Counted from the first letter of the stretch, positions 41,045 through 51,295 are shown. The stretch: 64,000 bases of DNA from Cryomorphaceae bacterium MED-G11 (GCA_002457075.1 NTKQ01000001.1:22079-86078); one strand, 5' to 3'. Made by a program: numbers and translations. Notes: generated by a model not told the origin, from the sequence alone.

Positions 41045-41070
41045 GGTGCTTTTACAGCACCTTTTTTTTT
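41045..41070 (+). terminator. Rho-independent terminator after rpmH
   Basis: GGTGCT (41045-41050) / AGCACC (41056-41061) hairpin followed by nine T residues. Confidence 0.75.
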
Positions 41071-41088
41071 ATATTTTAGTGTGATTTT

Positions 41089-43941
41089 ATGCCTAAGGAT
41101 AAAAATATCAAATCAATTCTAATAATTGGTTCAGGACCTATAATAATAGGTCAAGCATGTGAATTTGACTATTCTGGATCTCAAGCTTTAAGATCTTTAA
41201 AGGAAGACGGTATAAAGACTGTTTTAATTAATTCCAATCCTGCTACTATTATGACTGATCCTTCAATGGCAGATCATATATATCTTAAACCACTTACTAC
41301 TAAATCAATATCTGAAATTCTTGAAATTCATGATGATATTGATGCTGTTTTACCAACAATGGGTGGTCAAACTGCTCTTAATCTTTGTATTGAAGCACAG
41401 GAAAAAGAAATTTGGTCAAAGCACTCAGTTAAAATAATAGGTGTAGATATAGATGCAATTGAAATAACTGAGGATAGAGAAAAATTTAGAACACTTTTAA
41501 ATGAGATTAATATCCCTGTTGCTCCTGCGGAAAGTGCTTCATCATTTTTAAAAGGTAAAGAGATAGCTCAACGATTTGGTTTTCCCTTAGTTATCAGGCC
41601 ATCATTCACATTAGGAGGTACAGGAGCATCAATAGTTTTTGAAGAAGACAAGTTTAATAATTTATTAACAAGAGGTCTAGAATCATCACCAATACATGAA
41701 GTACTTATTGATAAAGCCCTTATGGGTTGGAAGGAGTATGAGTTAGAATTACTTCGTGATAAGAACAATAATATTGTGATTATTTGTACAATTGAGAATA
41801 TGGATCCTATGGGTATTCATACTGGAGATTCTATAACTGTTGCCCCTGCTATGACTTTATCAGATACAACATATCAAAGAATGAGAGACATGGCTATAAA
41901 AATGATGAAAAGCATTGGAGACTTCTCAGGGGGATGTAATGTTCAGTTTGCAGTTAGTCCAGACGAAAAAGAAGATATAGTAGCCATAGAAATAAATCCT
42001 CGAGTTTCTAGATCATCAGCTTTAGCATCTAAGGCTTCAGGTTATCCTATTGCAAAAATTGCTGCTAAATTAGCGCTTGGTTATACTCTGGATGAATTAA
42101 GTAATCAGATTACTAAATCAACTTCTGCTTTATTTGAGCCAACACTAGACTATGTAATTGTAAAAATTCCTAGATGGAACTTCGATAAGTTTGAGGGGTC
42201 CGATAGAACTCTAGGTCTTCAAATGAAAGCAGTTGGAGAAGTGATGGGTATTGGTAGATCATTTCAAGAAGCTCTTCATAAAGCTACACAATCACTTGAA
42301 ATTAAAAGAAATGGACTAGGAGCAGATGGAAAGGGTTATACAGATATTGATATAATTATTAGTAAGCTTACAAATGCAAGTTGGGATAGAGTTTTTGTTT
42401 TATATGATGCCATTCAAGCTGGAATTTCATTAGATAGAATTTATGACATAACTAAAATTGATATGTGGTTCTTAAAACAATACGAAGAACTTTATAAACT
42501 AGAAAAAGAAATCTCTACTCATAAGATTGATAATATCGAATATGATTTACTTCTTGAGGCTAAACAAAAAGGTTTTGCTGACAGGCAAATTGCTTTTATG
42601 TTAAACTGTTTAGAAAGCCAAGTTTATAAAAAAAGAGAAGAGTTAGGAATTAAAAGAATCTATAAATTAGTTGATACTTGTTCTGCTGAATTTCCTGCAC
42701 AAACTCCTTACTATTATTCAACTTTTGAAGAAAAAATCAAAACTAAAGATAATCATGTATTCTCTGAAAATGAAAGTATAGTATCAGAGAAGAAAAAAAT
42801 TGTTGTATTAGGTTCAGGTCCAAACAGAATAGGACAAGGGATTGAGTTTGATTACTGCTGCGTTCATGGAGTTCTTGCTGCCAGTGAATGTGGTTATGAG
42901 ACTATAATGATAAATTGTAATCCTGAAACAGTTTCTACTGATTTTGATATCTCTGATAAGCTCTATTTTGAACCTGTTTTTTGGGAACATATCTATGATA
43001 TCATAAGGCATGAAAACCCTTATGGAGTTATTGTTCAACTTGGTGGTCAAACTGCATTAAAACTTGCTGAAAAATTAGATCGATACAATATCAAAATTAT
43101 TGGAACAGAATATAAATCACTTGACTTAGCAGAAGATCGAGGAAGCTTCTCAACTTTGTTGAAAGAGAACAATATACCTTATCCTGATTTCGGTGTTGCA
43201 ACAAATGCGGAGGAAGCAGTACAGTTATCATCAAAATTAAACTTTCCTATTTTAATTAGACCTTCATATGTTCTAGGTGGGCAGGGAATGAAAATTGTAA
43301 TCAATAAAGAAGAATTAGTAGACCATGTAGTAGACTTATTATCTAAAATACCTAATAATAATCTTTTGCTTGATAATTATCTTGATGGAGCTATTGAAGC
43401 TGAGGCTGATGCTATTTGTGATGGAGAGGATGTTTATATAATAGGTATTATGGAGCATATTGAACCATGTGGTATTCACTCTGGAGACTCAAATGCAACT
43501 CTTCCTGTTTTTAACTTAGGTGAACTTGAAGTTCAGCAAATAAAGGACCATACAAAAAAGATTGCCTTAGCATTAAATACAGTTGGATTAATTAATATTC
43601 AATTTGCTATTAAAGATGAAATGGTTTATATAATCGAGGCAAATCCAAGAGCTTCAAGAACTGTACCCTTTATATCAAAAGCTTATAAGGAACCTTATGT
43701 TAATTATGCAACTAAAGTAATGCTTGGAGAAAATAAGTTAAAAGATTTCAACTTCAATCCTAAGTTAGATGGATATGCAATAAAACAGCCTGTTTTCTCC
43801 TTTAATAAATTTCCTGATGTAAATAAACAACTTGGCCCTGAGATGAAAAGTACTGGTGAAAGTATTCTCTTTATAGATGATTTAAATGATGATTCTTTCA
43901 TTGAACTTTATTCAAGAAGAAAGATGTACTTAACAAAATAA
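41089..43941 (+). CDS. carB: Carbamoyl-phosphate synthase large subunit, short form without the C-terminal MGS-like allosteric domain
   Basis: MPKDKNIKSILIIGSGPIIIGQACEFDYSGSQA and the second repeat KKKIVVLGSGPNRIGQGIEFDYCCVH mark the two ATP-grasp halves. The ORF ends about 30 aa after GPEMKSTGE, at 950 aa. Confidence 0.95.
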   Translation: MPKDKNIKSILIIGSGPIIIGQACEFDYSGSQALRSLKEDGIKTVLINSNPATIMTDPSMADHIYLKPLTTKSISEILEIHDDIDAVLPTMGGQTALNLCIEAQEKEIWSKHSVKIIGVDIDAIEITEDREKFRTLLNEINIPVAPAESASSFLKGKEIAQRFGFPLVIRPSFTLGGTGASIVFEEDKFNNLLTRGLESSPIHEVLIDKALMGWKEYELELLRDKNNNIVIICTIENMDPMGIHTGDSITVAPAMTLSDTTYQRMRDMAIKMMKSIGDFSGGCNVQFAVSPDEKEDIVAIEINPRVSRSSALASKASGYPIAKIAAKLALGYTLDELSNQITKSTSALFEPTLDYVIVKIPRWNFDKFEGSDRTLGLQMKAVGEVMGIGRSFQEALHKATQSLEIKRNGLGADGKGYTDIDIIISKLTNASWDRVFVLYDAIQAGISLDRIYDITKIDMWFLKQYEELYKLEKEISTHKIDNIEYDLLLEAKQKGFADRQIAFMLNCLESQVYKKREELGIKRIYKLVDTCSAEFPAQTPYYYSTFEEKIKTKDNHVFSENESIVSEKKKIVVLGSGPNRIGQGIEFDYCCVHGVLAASECGYETIMINCNPETVSTDFDISDKLYFEPVFWEHIYDIIRHENPYGVIVQLGGQTALKLAEKLDRYNIKIIGTEYKSLDLAEDRGSFSTLLKENNIPYPDFGVATNAEEAVQLSSKLNFPILIRPSYVLGGQGMKIVINKEELVDHVVDLLSKIPNNNLLLDNYLDGAIEAEADAICDGEDVYIIGIMEHIEPCGIHSGDSNATLPVFNLGELEVQQIKDHTKKIALALNTVGLINIQFAIKDEMVYIIEANPRASRTVPFISKAYKEPYVNYATKVMLGENKLKDFNFNPKLDGYAIKQPVFSFNKFPDVNKQLGPEMKSTGESILFIDDLNDDSFIELYSRRKMYLTK

Positions 43942-45402
43942 TTACTCTATTATTTTATCTTCAACTATGATTCTTTGTAAAAAATCTTCATCAGGTTTTG
44001 CAATTTCCTTATAATTCTCACTACTAAAAATTGATGAATAATTTCCATTTATTTGGTCAATAGCAATTTTTAGAAGAGGTTCATTATAATCTCCAAGAAC
44101 TCCAGGGTTTGATAATGATTCTTTGATAAAAATATCTGGTTCAAGACCATCAGGAAAATCGGTATATCCAGCAACATTTCCAATTTTAAGAACTATTGGT
44201 TGCATGGCATACATATGATTGGGGTTTTTGTCTCTTGAATCATTTATATAGTCATAAACAGTAATCGATCCTTGATTTTTCCCAACAGTAAAGTCTCCAA
44301 TATGAATTACATCAATGTAAGGATCTAGACCATTAATTAATAATTCACTAGCAGAAGCTGTTCTAGCAGATGTTAGAACAAATACTCTATTCAGGTTTAG
44401 AGAGGATATTGATTGATCATTGTCTAGTTTATTAGTAAACTTATTTAAAAGTGATTCTGGATTGTTCTCGTTCCAATAATCCATGAGTTTAGAATTCCAT
44501 GTTTCTTTAGCAAAAACTTGATTGTTAAATTGACCAGTTATCATTGAGGCAAGATTTATAGATGTAGAGATTCTTCCACCTGGATTATATCTTAGATCAA
44601 TAACCAACTCTTCAACACCATTAGACAAGAAATTAGCAAAAACATCATTAAGCTCAGAATTATAATCTTTATTTTCTGATTCAACAACTCCAACAAACTG
44701 GTTGTACATTAAATACGCTATTTTTTTACCCTCACTCTCTATGACTTTAGAAATATGGATAGGGTCTTTTACAATTCTTGATTTGACAAGGGTTATGCTT
44801 TCTTGTCCTGGAATTATGTTAGCGCATTGGTTAGTTTCGTTGTAACTAAGTTCAGAAAATTTAATTGTATAAGTATTATTATCATTATTGTAAAGAAGAT
44901 CTCTATAGTTTTCTCTAGTTAATCTAGAACCATTAATCTCACTAAACAACATCCCTCTTTTGACACCCTTTGACTCTGCATCTGAGTTTTTACTTACATA
45001 TCTAACAAATCCAAATATATTTTGGTCATTACATTCAACATATAAACCAAACTCCATACCATCAGAGGTGTCAATACCTTGAAGCATATTTTCAAGTTCA
45101 ATGTAATCATCAACAATCCAACTAAATCTATCATCTGGGTGTTTAAGTGAATTAAAGAATGATTCAGGATTTGAATTTTGACTAAGGTAATAAGCGTAAT
45201 CAGATTCATTTTCTGTTTTACTATCGGACAAATTCACAACACTTTCCTGCCAATAATAATATTGGTTAAGACCTTTCCATATGAAGTCACTAATTTCAAG
45301 ATCTGTTTCAAGTCTAATTATATTAGGATCATCATCATCTGTTTTTTTACAACTATTGAAGATAAAAATGATAGCTAAAAGAAATAGATTTATTTTTTTC
45401 AT
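43942..45402 (-). CDS. S41 family peptidase (tail-specific protease-like) lipoprotein
   Basis: Lipoprotein-type signal (LLAIIFIFNSC), PDZ-like segment, LVIDLRYNPGGR and TSARTASASE blocks typical of S41. Confidence 0.82.
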   Translation of the reverse strand: MKKINLFLLAIIFIFNSCKKTDDDDPNIIRLETDLEISDFIWKGLNQYYYWQESVVNLSDSKTENESDYAYYLSQNSNPESFFNSLKHPDDRFSWIVDDYIELENMLQGIDTSDGMEFGLYVECNDQNIFGFVRYVSKNSDAESKGVKRGMLFSEINGSRLTRENYRDLLYNNDNNTYTIKFSELSYNETNQCANIIPGQESITLVKSRIVKDPIHISKVIESEGKKIAYLMYNQFVGVVESENKDYNSELNDVFANFLSNGVEELVIDLRYNPGGRISTSINLASMITGQFNNQVFAKETWNSKLMDYWNENNPESLLNKFTNKLDNDQSISSLNLNRVFVLTSARTASASELLINGLDPYIDVIHIGDFTVGKNQGSITVYDYINDSRDKNPNHMYAMQPIVLKIGNVAGYTDFPDGLEPDIFIKESLSNPGVLGDYNEPLLKIAIDQINGNYSSIFSSENYKEIAKPDEDFLQRIIVEDKIIE

Positions 45403-45417
45403 AAGTTAAAAGTATAA

Positions 45418-46761
45418 CTATATTCCTGTGTAGTTATGAGGTGAGATTTGTTTTAACTCATTTTTAATAGTATCGTCAACATCAAGTTTGTCAATAAATT
45501 CGTGAAGGGAATTTTTATCAATCTTTTCGTTATTTCTGGTAAGTTCTTTCATTATCTCATAAGGATTGTTGTATCCTTCACGTCTTAAAATCGTTTGAAT
45601 TGCCTCCGAAACAACTATCCAATTATCTTCAATATCTTTATTAATCTTTACTTTATTTACATAAATCTTTTTTAATCCTTTTAGTAGAGATTCAAAAGAA
45701 ATTAGAGTATGTCCAAATGGAATCCCGATATTCCTTAATACGGTGCTATCTGTAAGATCTCTTTGTAATCTTGATTTAGTTAATTTATTTGAGAAAAAAT
45801 AAAATGTTGAATTTGCTAACCCCAAATTTCCCTCAGAATTTTCAAAATCAATAGGATTGACCTTGTGAGGCATAGCAGATGAACCAACTTCATCTTTTAT
45901 AATTTTTTGTTTAAAGTAGTCATGTGAAATATATGTCCAAATATCTACACACATATCTAAAAGAATATTATTTATCCTTCTGCAATTATCACATAAAGCC
46001 GCAAAAGAGTCATAATGCTCAATTTGGGTAGTGGGAAAAGAGTAATTTAAACCTAATTCGCTTTCAATAAAATTTTCACCAAATTTTTTCCAATCAATAT
46101 CTGGATAAGCAACCTTATGAGCATTAAAATTTCCAACTGCACCGGCAAATTTTGCAGAATTAGGTATATTTTTTAAAGTTTTCATTTGTTCATTAATTCT
46201 GGATGAAAACACTCTAAATTCTTTTCCTAGTTTAGTTGGTGAAGCAGGTTGACCATGAGTTCTTGCAATTATAGTAATATCTTTTAGTTCTTCATCTTTT
46301 TTATCGATGGCTTTAATGACTTCAGTGATTTTTGGTATGTAGACATTATCAATAAAGTCTTTAATTGATAAAGGAATAGCTGTGTTGTTAATGTCTTGAG
46401 AAGTTAGGCCAAAGTGGATAAATTCTTTATAATTACTAATACCTAGGATATCAAATTTTTGTTTTATGAAATATTCTACAGCTTTAACATCATGATTAGT
46501 AATTTTTTCAATATTTTTTATTTCAATTGCATCATCATTAGAGAAATCTAAATATATCTTTCTTAAATCATCAAACTTTTTACTATCAAATTTTTTTAAT
46601 TGAGGAATTCCAAGCTTACAAAGAGATATAAAATATTCGATTTCAACTTTTAGCCTATAATATATTAATGCCTTTTCACTAAAATATTGCCTTAAAACTT
46701 CTGTTTTATAAGAATATCTTCCATCTATGGGGGAAATTGAATTTAAATTAAACTCATTCAT
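45418..46761 (-). CDS. purB: Adenylosuccinate lyase
   Basis: LNSISPIDGRY, FGLTSQDINNTA, ARTHGQPASPT, GSSAMPHKVNP (fumarate-lyase signature). 447 aa. Confidence 0.95.
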   Translation of the reverse strand: MNEFNLNSISPIDGRYSYKTEVLRQYFSEKALIYYRLKVEIEYFISLCKLGIPQLKKFDSKKFDDLRKIYLDFSNDDAIEIKNIEKITNHDVKAVEYFIKQKFDILGISNYKEFIHFGLTSQDINNTAIPLSIKDFIDNVYIPKITEVIKAIDKKDEELKDITIIARTHGQPASPTKLGKEFRVFSSRINEQMKTLKNIPNSAKFAGAVGNFNAHKVAYPDIDWKKFGENFIESELGLNYSFPTTQIEHYDSFAALCDNCRRINNILLDMCVDIWTYISHDYFKQKIIKDEVGSSAMPHKVNPIDFENSEGNLGLANSTFYFFSNKLTKSRLQRDLTDSTVLRNIGIPFGHTLISFESLLKGLKKIYVNKVKINKDIEDNWIVVSEAIQTILRREGYNNPYEIMKELTRNNEKIDKNSLHEFIDKLDVDDTIKNELKQISPHNYTGI

Positions 46762-46791
46762 TGTGCAAAGATAAGCTAACTGAATAGTATA

Positions 46792-47553
46792 TTAAAATTG
46801 TAGCAACTTGTATTCATCATAACACTCATTTATAGCTTCCATAATTTGAAGATCATTTGCTTGTTCAATAAAAGTATCTGAGAAATTACAATTTCTTAAA
46901 ATTTCATCAATATCAATTTTATCAACTCCCAAAAGTTGAACAAGAACTTCTCTATCAAATTTTGTTGATAATAGATTTTTTATTTCTTTATCTTCTCTCA
47001 TTAATCTTAGTTTATCCATCTTGGCAGTTTTTTTCTTAAAAAGATTATTCAGAAAATCTGCTGGATTAAAAATTGCGCCAATTACTTTAGATATTCCAGA
47101 TCTTGACCTTCTTCCTGCTTCATATCCAAGATTAGGTAGACCAATTATTCTATAGCGAGTTGAGGTATTTACTGGAGCATTCTTAACATCTATTTCAAGA
47201 TAACCAGTTAATTGGTAAGGCTTAATTATTATCTCCTCTAATGCAAAAGCAAGTTCAGTAAGTTCAATAGTATTATTATCAAACCTAATTAAATCATTAG
47301 TTACCACAACTTTCAATGGTTTATATCCTATATATGAGAAATATAATGTATCATTAACTTTTGCTTGAATTTCAAATTCACCTTCACTAGAAGTTATAGT
47401 ACCTTTAACTTTAGTTAGATTAAGAACATGAACATTTTGTAAGATTGACTTACTAGTTTCACTTTGAACATTTCCCTTAACGATTTCGATCTGTTGTTGA
47501 GAGAAAGTTAAAGTTGAAATGGATAGTGTAATAAATATTATTATCTTTTTCAT
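46792..47553 (-). CDS. Secreted carboxypeptidase-regulatory-like (CarboxypepD_reg) domain protein, function unknown
   Basis: Signal peptide, then VKGNVQSE.S...LQNVHVLNL....GTITSSEGEFEI.A...DTLYFSYIGYKP, the beta-sandwich domain seen at the N-terminus of many Bacteroidota outer-membrane proteins. No barrel follows. Confidence 0.6.
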   Translation of the reverse strand: MKKIIIFITLSISTLTFSQQQIEIVKGNVQSETSKSILQNVHVLNLTKVKGTITSSEGEFEIQAKVNDTLYFSYIGYKPLKVVVTNDLIRFDNNTIELTELAFALEEIIIKPYQLTGYLEIDVKNAPVNTSTRYRIIGLPNLGYEAGRRSRSGISKVIGAIFNPADFLNNLFKKKTAKMDKLRLMREDKEIKNLLSTKFDREVLVQLLGVDKIDIDEILRNCNFSDTFIEQANDLQIMEAINECYDEYKLLQF

Positions 47554-47595
47554 CAGGCTAATTGCTAAATTAGAAAGAATATATTATAATTAACC

Positions 47596-50040
47596 ATGAA
47601 TTACTACGCAGATGTAATACTTCCTCTTCCCTTACATGGAACATTTACTTATGAGCTTACAAAAAAAGAATATGAAAATCTAGGAATAGGCCATAGAGTT
47701 GCTGTTAGTTTTGGTAAAAGAAAAGTTTATACGGGAGTAATTAAACAGATTCATACTAATAAGCCAACATTGTATGAAACAAAACCAATTGAGTTTGTCT
47801 ACGATAAAAAAGAACTTATCTCAGAATCACAAATTGACTTTTGGAGCTGGATATCTAAATATTATTTCACCCCTATAGGCGATGTCTTAAAAGCTGCGAT
47901 TCCCTCAACATTTTTATTAGAAAGCGAAACAATTATAATTAAAAAAGAAATTAATAGTGATGATATTGAACAGATGACAGATGATGAATATTTAATATAT
48001 GAAGCTCTTGACTTTAATACTCTAAAAATAAATGAAGTTTCAGATATTCTAGATAAGAAAAACACATACTCAGTTATTCAAAAAATGATTTTAAAAGGAT
48101 TTATAGAATTAAACTTTGAAATCAATGAAAAATACAAACCAAAACTTTTAAATGTTATTTATTTGAACAAAGAATTGTTAGAAGAACAAAAGATTAAAAA
48201 TGCACTTAAGATTTTAAATAGTTCACCAAAACAAAAAGAGATTTTAATGCAGATTATAAGTAATCTTAAATCTCAAAAATATATAATTCTAAAAGACTTT
48301 AAAAAAATAATTAAATTTTCAGATAGCACAATTAAAGGGCTAGAACAAAAAGGGTTTATAACTATAAATAAGATAAAAATTGAGAGAAATGATAATAAAC
48401 TAGAACATTATTCAAAAACAAATGATTTATCAGAATCCCAATTAAATGCTTTAGATCAAGTTCAAAGTCAGTTAAAATATAAAGATGTGATTCTGTTGGA
48501 AGGAGTAACCTCATCAGGAAAAACTGAAATATATATAAAGATTATTGAAGATTATCTTAATAAAGAAATGCAAGTTCTTTACTTACTTCCTGAAATTTCT
48601 TTAACCACTCAAATAATTCAAAAACTTAAAATTCATTTTGGTGATAAAATTTCTGTTTTTCATTCTAGATATTCTTTAAATGAAAGAACTGAAGTATGGG
48701 AGAATATTAAAAAAAATCAAAACAAATCAAGATTAATTGTTGGAGCAAGATCATCTGTTTTTCTTCCTTTTCAAAATTTAGGTTTAATAATTATTGATGA
48801 AGAACATGAGATCTCTTATAAACAGCAAGAACCTTCTCCAAGATATAACGCTAGAGATTCTGCTATATATTTATCAAAACTCAATAACTCAAAAGTTATT
48901 CTAGGTTCAGCTACTCCGTCTATAGAGTCATCTTTTAATGCTAAAAACAACAAGTATGGATATGTTAAGTTAAAAGAAAGATTTGGGAATATTGAAATGC
49001 CAAATATTTTCACTATTGATATGAAGAATGAACTTAAGCATGAGTATAGCTCAATTTTTTCTCTCAGATTGGTAGAAGAGATAGAAAAGACAATTAAAGA
49101 TGGTAAGCAAGTAATTTTATTTAGAAACAGGAGAGGCTACTCACCCCAATGGCTTTGTGATTCATGTGGTCAAAATGTTATGTGTGATAATTGTGATGTT
49201 AGTCTAACATATCATATTTCATCAAATAGCTTAAAATGTCATTATTGTGGATTTTCATCAAAAGCAGAAAAAAAATGCTCTACATGTGGATTTGATACTA
49301 TGATTTATAAGGGAGATGGAACTCAACAGATTGAGGAGGTAATTAAAGAAATTTTTCCAGATGTTAGAAGTAAAAGAATGGACTGGGATTCAACTAGAGG
49401 TAAATGGTCTTTTGATAAAATAATTAATTCTTTTGCAAATCATGAAGTAGATATACTTATTGGCACTCAAATGATAACTAAAGGATTAGACTTTAAAAAT
49501 GTAAATCTAGTAGGCGTATTAAATACAGATCATTTTTTAAACTTTCCTGATTTTAGAGCTCATGAAAAAGCATTTCAAGTTTTAACTCAGGTTGCTGGAA
49601 GATCTGGAAGATCTGGTCAAAGAGGTAAAGTATTTCTTCAAACCTACCAACCAGAGCATTCAATTATTAAAAATGTAATTAATAATGATTATGATGAAAT
49701 GTATAATAATCAACTTATTGAAAGAAAAGATTATAATTATCCTCCATTTGTAAGACTAATCAGGATTACTTTAAAAGACAAAAGTTATGAAAAGTTGAAT
49801 AGTTCCTCTGATTGGATAAATAAAGTAATGAGAGCTAATTATAAGGGAATAGTGCTTGGCCCAGTTTATCCTGAAGTATCAAGAATTAAAAATAAATATC
49901 ATAAGGAGTTCTTAATAAAACTAGCTGGGCTAAAAGAGCTTAATAACTTTAGAAATACATTTCAATCAATTATAAAAAGCTTTGATTCAATATCTAAATA
50001 TAGAAGCGTAAGAATCATTGTAGATGTTGACCCAATATAG
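47596..50040 (+). CDS. priA: Primosomal protein N' (replication restart helicase PriA)
   Basis: YADVILPLPL..FTY N-terminus, Walker A GVTSSGKTE, DEEHE box, Cys-rich zinc insertion (CDSCGQNVMCDNCDVSLTYH...CHYCG...CSTCG). 814 aa. Confidence 0.94.
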   Translation: MNYYADVILPLPLHGTFTYELTKKEYENLGIGHRVAVSFGKRKVYTGVIKQIHTNKPTLYETKPIEFVYDKKELISESQIDFWSWISKYYFTPIGDVLKAAIPSTFLLESETIIIKKEINSDDIEQMTDDEYLIYEALDFNTLKINEVSDILDKKNTYSVIQKMILKGFIELNFEINEKYKPKLLNVIYLNKELLEEQKIKNALKILNSSPKQKEILMQIISNLKSQKYIILKDFKKIIKFSDSTIKGLEQKGFITINKIKIERNDNKLEHYSKTNDLSESQLNALDQVQSQLKYKDVILLEGVTSSGKTEIYIKIIEDYLNKEMQVLYLLPEISLTTQIIQKLKIHFGDKISVFHSRYSLNERTEVWENIKKNQNKSRLIVGARSSVFLPFQNLGLIIIDEEHEISYKQQEPSPRYNARDSAIYLSKLNNSKVILGSATPSIESSFNAKNNKYGYVKLKERFGNIEMPNIFTIDMKNELKHEYSSIFSLRLVEEIEKTIKDGKQVILFRNRRGYSPQWLCDSCGQNVMCDNCDVSLTYHISSNSLKCHYCGFSSKAEKKCSTCGFDTMIYKGDGTQQIEEVIKEIFPDVRSKRMDWDSTRGKWSFDKIINSFANHEVDILIGTQMITKGLDFKNVNLVGVLNTDHFLNFPDFRAHEKAFQVLTQVAGRSGRSGQRGKVFLQTYQPEHSIIKNVINNDYDEMYNNQLIERKDYNYPPFVRLIRITLKDKSYEKLNSSSDWINKVMRANYKGIVLGPVYPEVSRIKNKYHKEFLIKLAGLKELNNFRNTFQSIIKSFDSISKYRSVRIIVDVDPI

Positions 50041-50086
50041 CTATTACTTTACCTGAAATAAATTTGGCAGATTATATTTAATAACC

Positions 50087-50094
50087 TAATTTTG
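50087..50094 (+). promoter_or_regulatory. Candidate promoter of the rpsF operon: -7 box TAATTTTG with TTTG 20 nt upstream
   Basis: TAATTTTG at 50087-50094, 18 nt before the ATG. A TTTG at 50063-50066 is at about the right spacing for a -33 element. That same TTTG is also part of a second TAAATTTG at 50059-50066. Confidence 0.4.
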
Positions 50095-50111
50095 CGGCCT
50101 AAGATTTTAAG

Positions 50112-50498
50112 ATGAAAAACTACGAAACGGTATTTATTTTAAACCCAGCTCTATCTGAAGAGCAAGTTCAAAAGTCTGTAGACAAATATGAAAAGTATTT
50201 AAAGTCTAACGGCGCTAAGATCATTAGTAAGGAAATTTGGGGTTTAAAAAAATTAGCATATACTATTGAAAACAAAAATAGTGGATTTTATAATCTTTTA
50301 GAATATACAGGACCTGCTGAAATTGTTCCTTCTCTTGAACTTGATTTTACTAGAGATGAAACTGTAATGAGATACTTAACTGTAACTCTTGATAAGCATG
50401 CAATTGCATGGGCAGAGAAAAGAAGAAATAGAGGCCCAAAAAAAGTAAGTACAAAAAAAGTAAGCCCAAAAAAAGTAAGTACAAAAAAAGCTAGTTAA
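50112..50498 (+). CDS. rpsF: 30S ribosomal protein S6 with Lys-rich repeat tail
   Basis: [19 protein letters not shown]...GLKKLAYTI......GFYNLLEY......[16 protein letters not shown] is bS6. The C-terminus is [20 protein letters not shown]. Confidence 0.94.
   Translation: MKNYETVFILNPALSEEQVQKSVDKYEKYLKSNGAKIISKEIWGLKKLAYTIENKNSGFYNLLEYTGPAEIVPSLELDFTRDETVMRYLTVTLDKHAIAWAEKRRNRGPKKVSTKKVSPKKVSTKKAS
50436..50495 (+). repeat. 4 x 15-bp in-frame tandem repeat at the 3' end of rpsF
   Basis: CCAAAAAAAGTAAGT / ACAAAAAAAGTAAGC / CCAAAAAAAGTAAGT / ACAAAAAAAGCTAGT, read directly from the sequence. Confidence 0.85.
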
Positions 50499-50500
50499 TT

Positions 50501-50797
50501 ATGGCAGGAATTGAAGAACAATCTAAAATTAAAAATGAAGGTGAGATTAGGTATTTATCTCCTTTAGATATTAATACTTCAAAAGCAAAGAAGTATTGTA
50601 TGTTTAGAAGGTCAGGTATCAAGTACGTAGATTATAAAGATGGAGATTTCTTAGGCAGATTTATTAATGAACAAGGTAAAATTTTACCTAGAAGATTAAC
50701 TGGGACATCATTAAAATATCAAAGAAAAGTTGCTGTAGCTGTTAAGAGAGCAAGGCATCTTGGATTGCTTCCTTACGTTGGAGACTTATTAAAATAA
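50501..50797 (+). CDS. rpsR: 30S ribosomal protein S18
   Basis: [61 protein letters not shown] is bS18. Confidence 0.96.
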   Translation: MAGIEEQSKIKNEGEIRYLSPLDINTSKAKKYCMFRRSGIKYVDYKDGDFLGRFINEQGKILPRRLTGTSLKYQRKVAVAVKRARHLGLLPYVGDLLK

Positions 50798-50799
50798 CT

Positions 50800-51252
50800 A
50801 TGGAAATTATACTAAAAGAAAATGTTGCTAATATTGGCTTCAAAGACGAATTAGTTTCAGTTAAAGCTGGATATGGTAGGAATTTTTTAATTCCTACTGG
50901 TAAAGCTGTTCTTGCTACTGAATCTGCAAAAAAGGTTTTAGCTGAAAACCTTAAGCAAAAAGCTTTTAAAGAAAAATCAGTTATAGATGATGCTGAAAAA
51001 TTAGCTTCAAAAATATCTAAGTTAGAATTAATGATTCCTGTTAAAGTTGGACCTGATGGTAAACTTTTTGGATCAATCTCTAATTCAGATGTTGCTAAGA
51101 ACCTTCTTACAAATAAAATTGAAGTTGAAAAAGAAAATATTTCCATACCTGGTAAATCAATCAAAAGAATTGGTAAATATCAAGCAAGTATAAGACTTCA
51201 TAGAGAAGTGTCTACTCAATTAAATTTTGAGCTTCAGGCTGAAAAGAAATAA
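50800..51252 (+). CDS. rplI: 50S ribosomal protein L9
   Basis: MEIILKENVANIGFKDELVSVKAGYGRNFLIPTGKAV is the bL9 N-domain. 150 aa. Confidence 0.95.
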   Translation: MEIILKENVANIGFKDELVSVKAGYGRNFLIPTGKAVLATESAKKVLAENLKQKAFKEKSVIDDAEKLASKISKLELMIPVKVGPDGKLFGSISNSDVAKNLLTNKIEVEKENISIPGKSIKRIGKYQASIRLHREVSTQLNFELQAEKK

Positions 51253-51295
51253 TTTCATAACTTTAGTGTTCACCTGATTATCAATTAAACTTTTG

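Noticed and set aside
46766-46773. CAAAGATA (TATCTTTG on the minus strand) lies only 5 nt upstream of the purB ATG. It could be a -7 promoter box implying a leaderless mRNA.
   Set aside because: The spacing would put the transcription start at or inside the start codon. I cannot support that without transcript data, so it is not listed as a feature.
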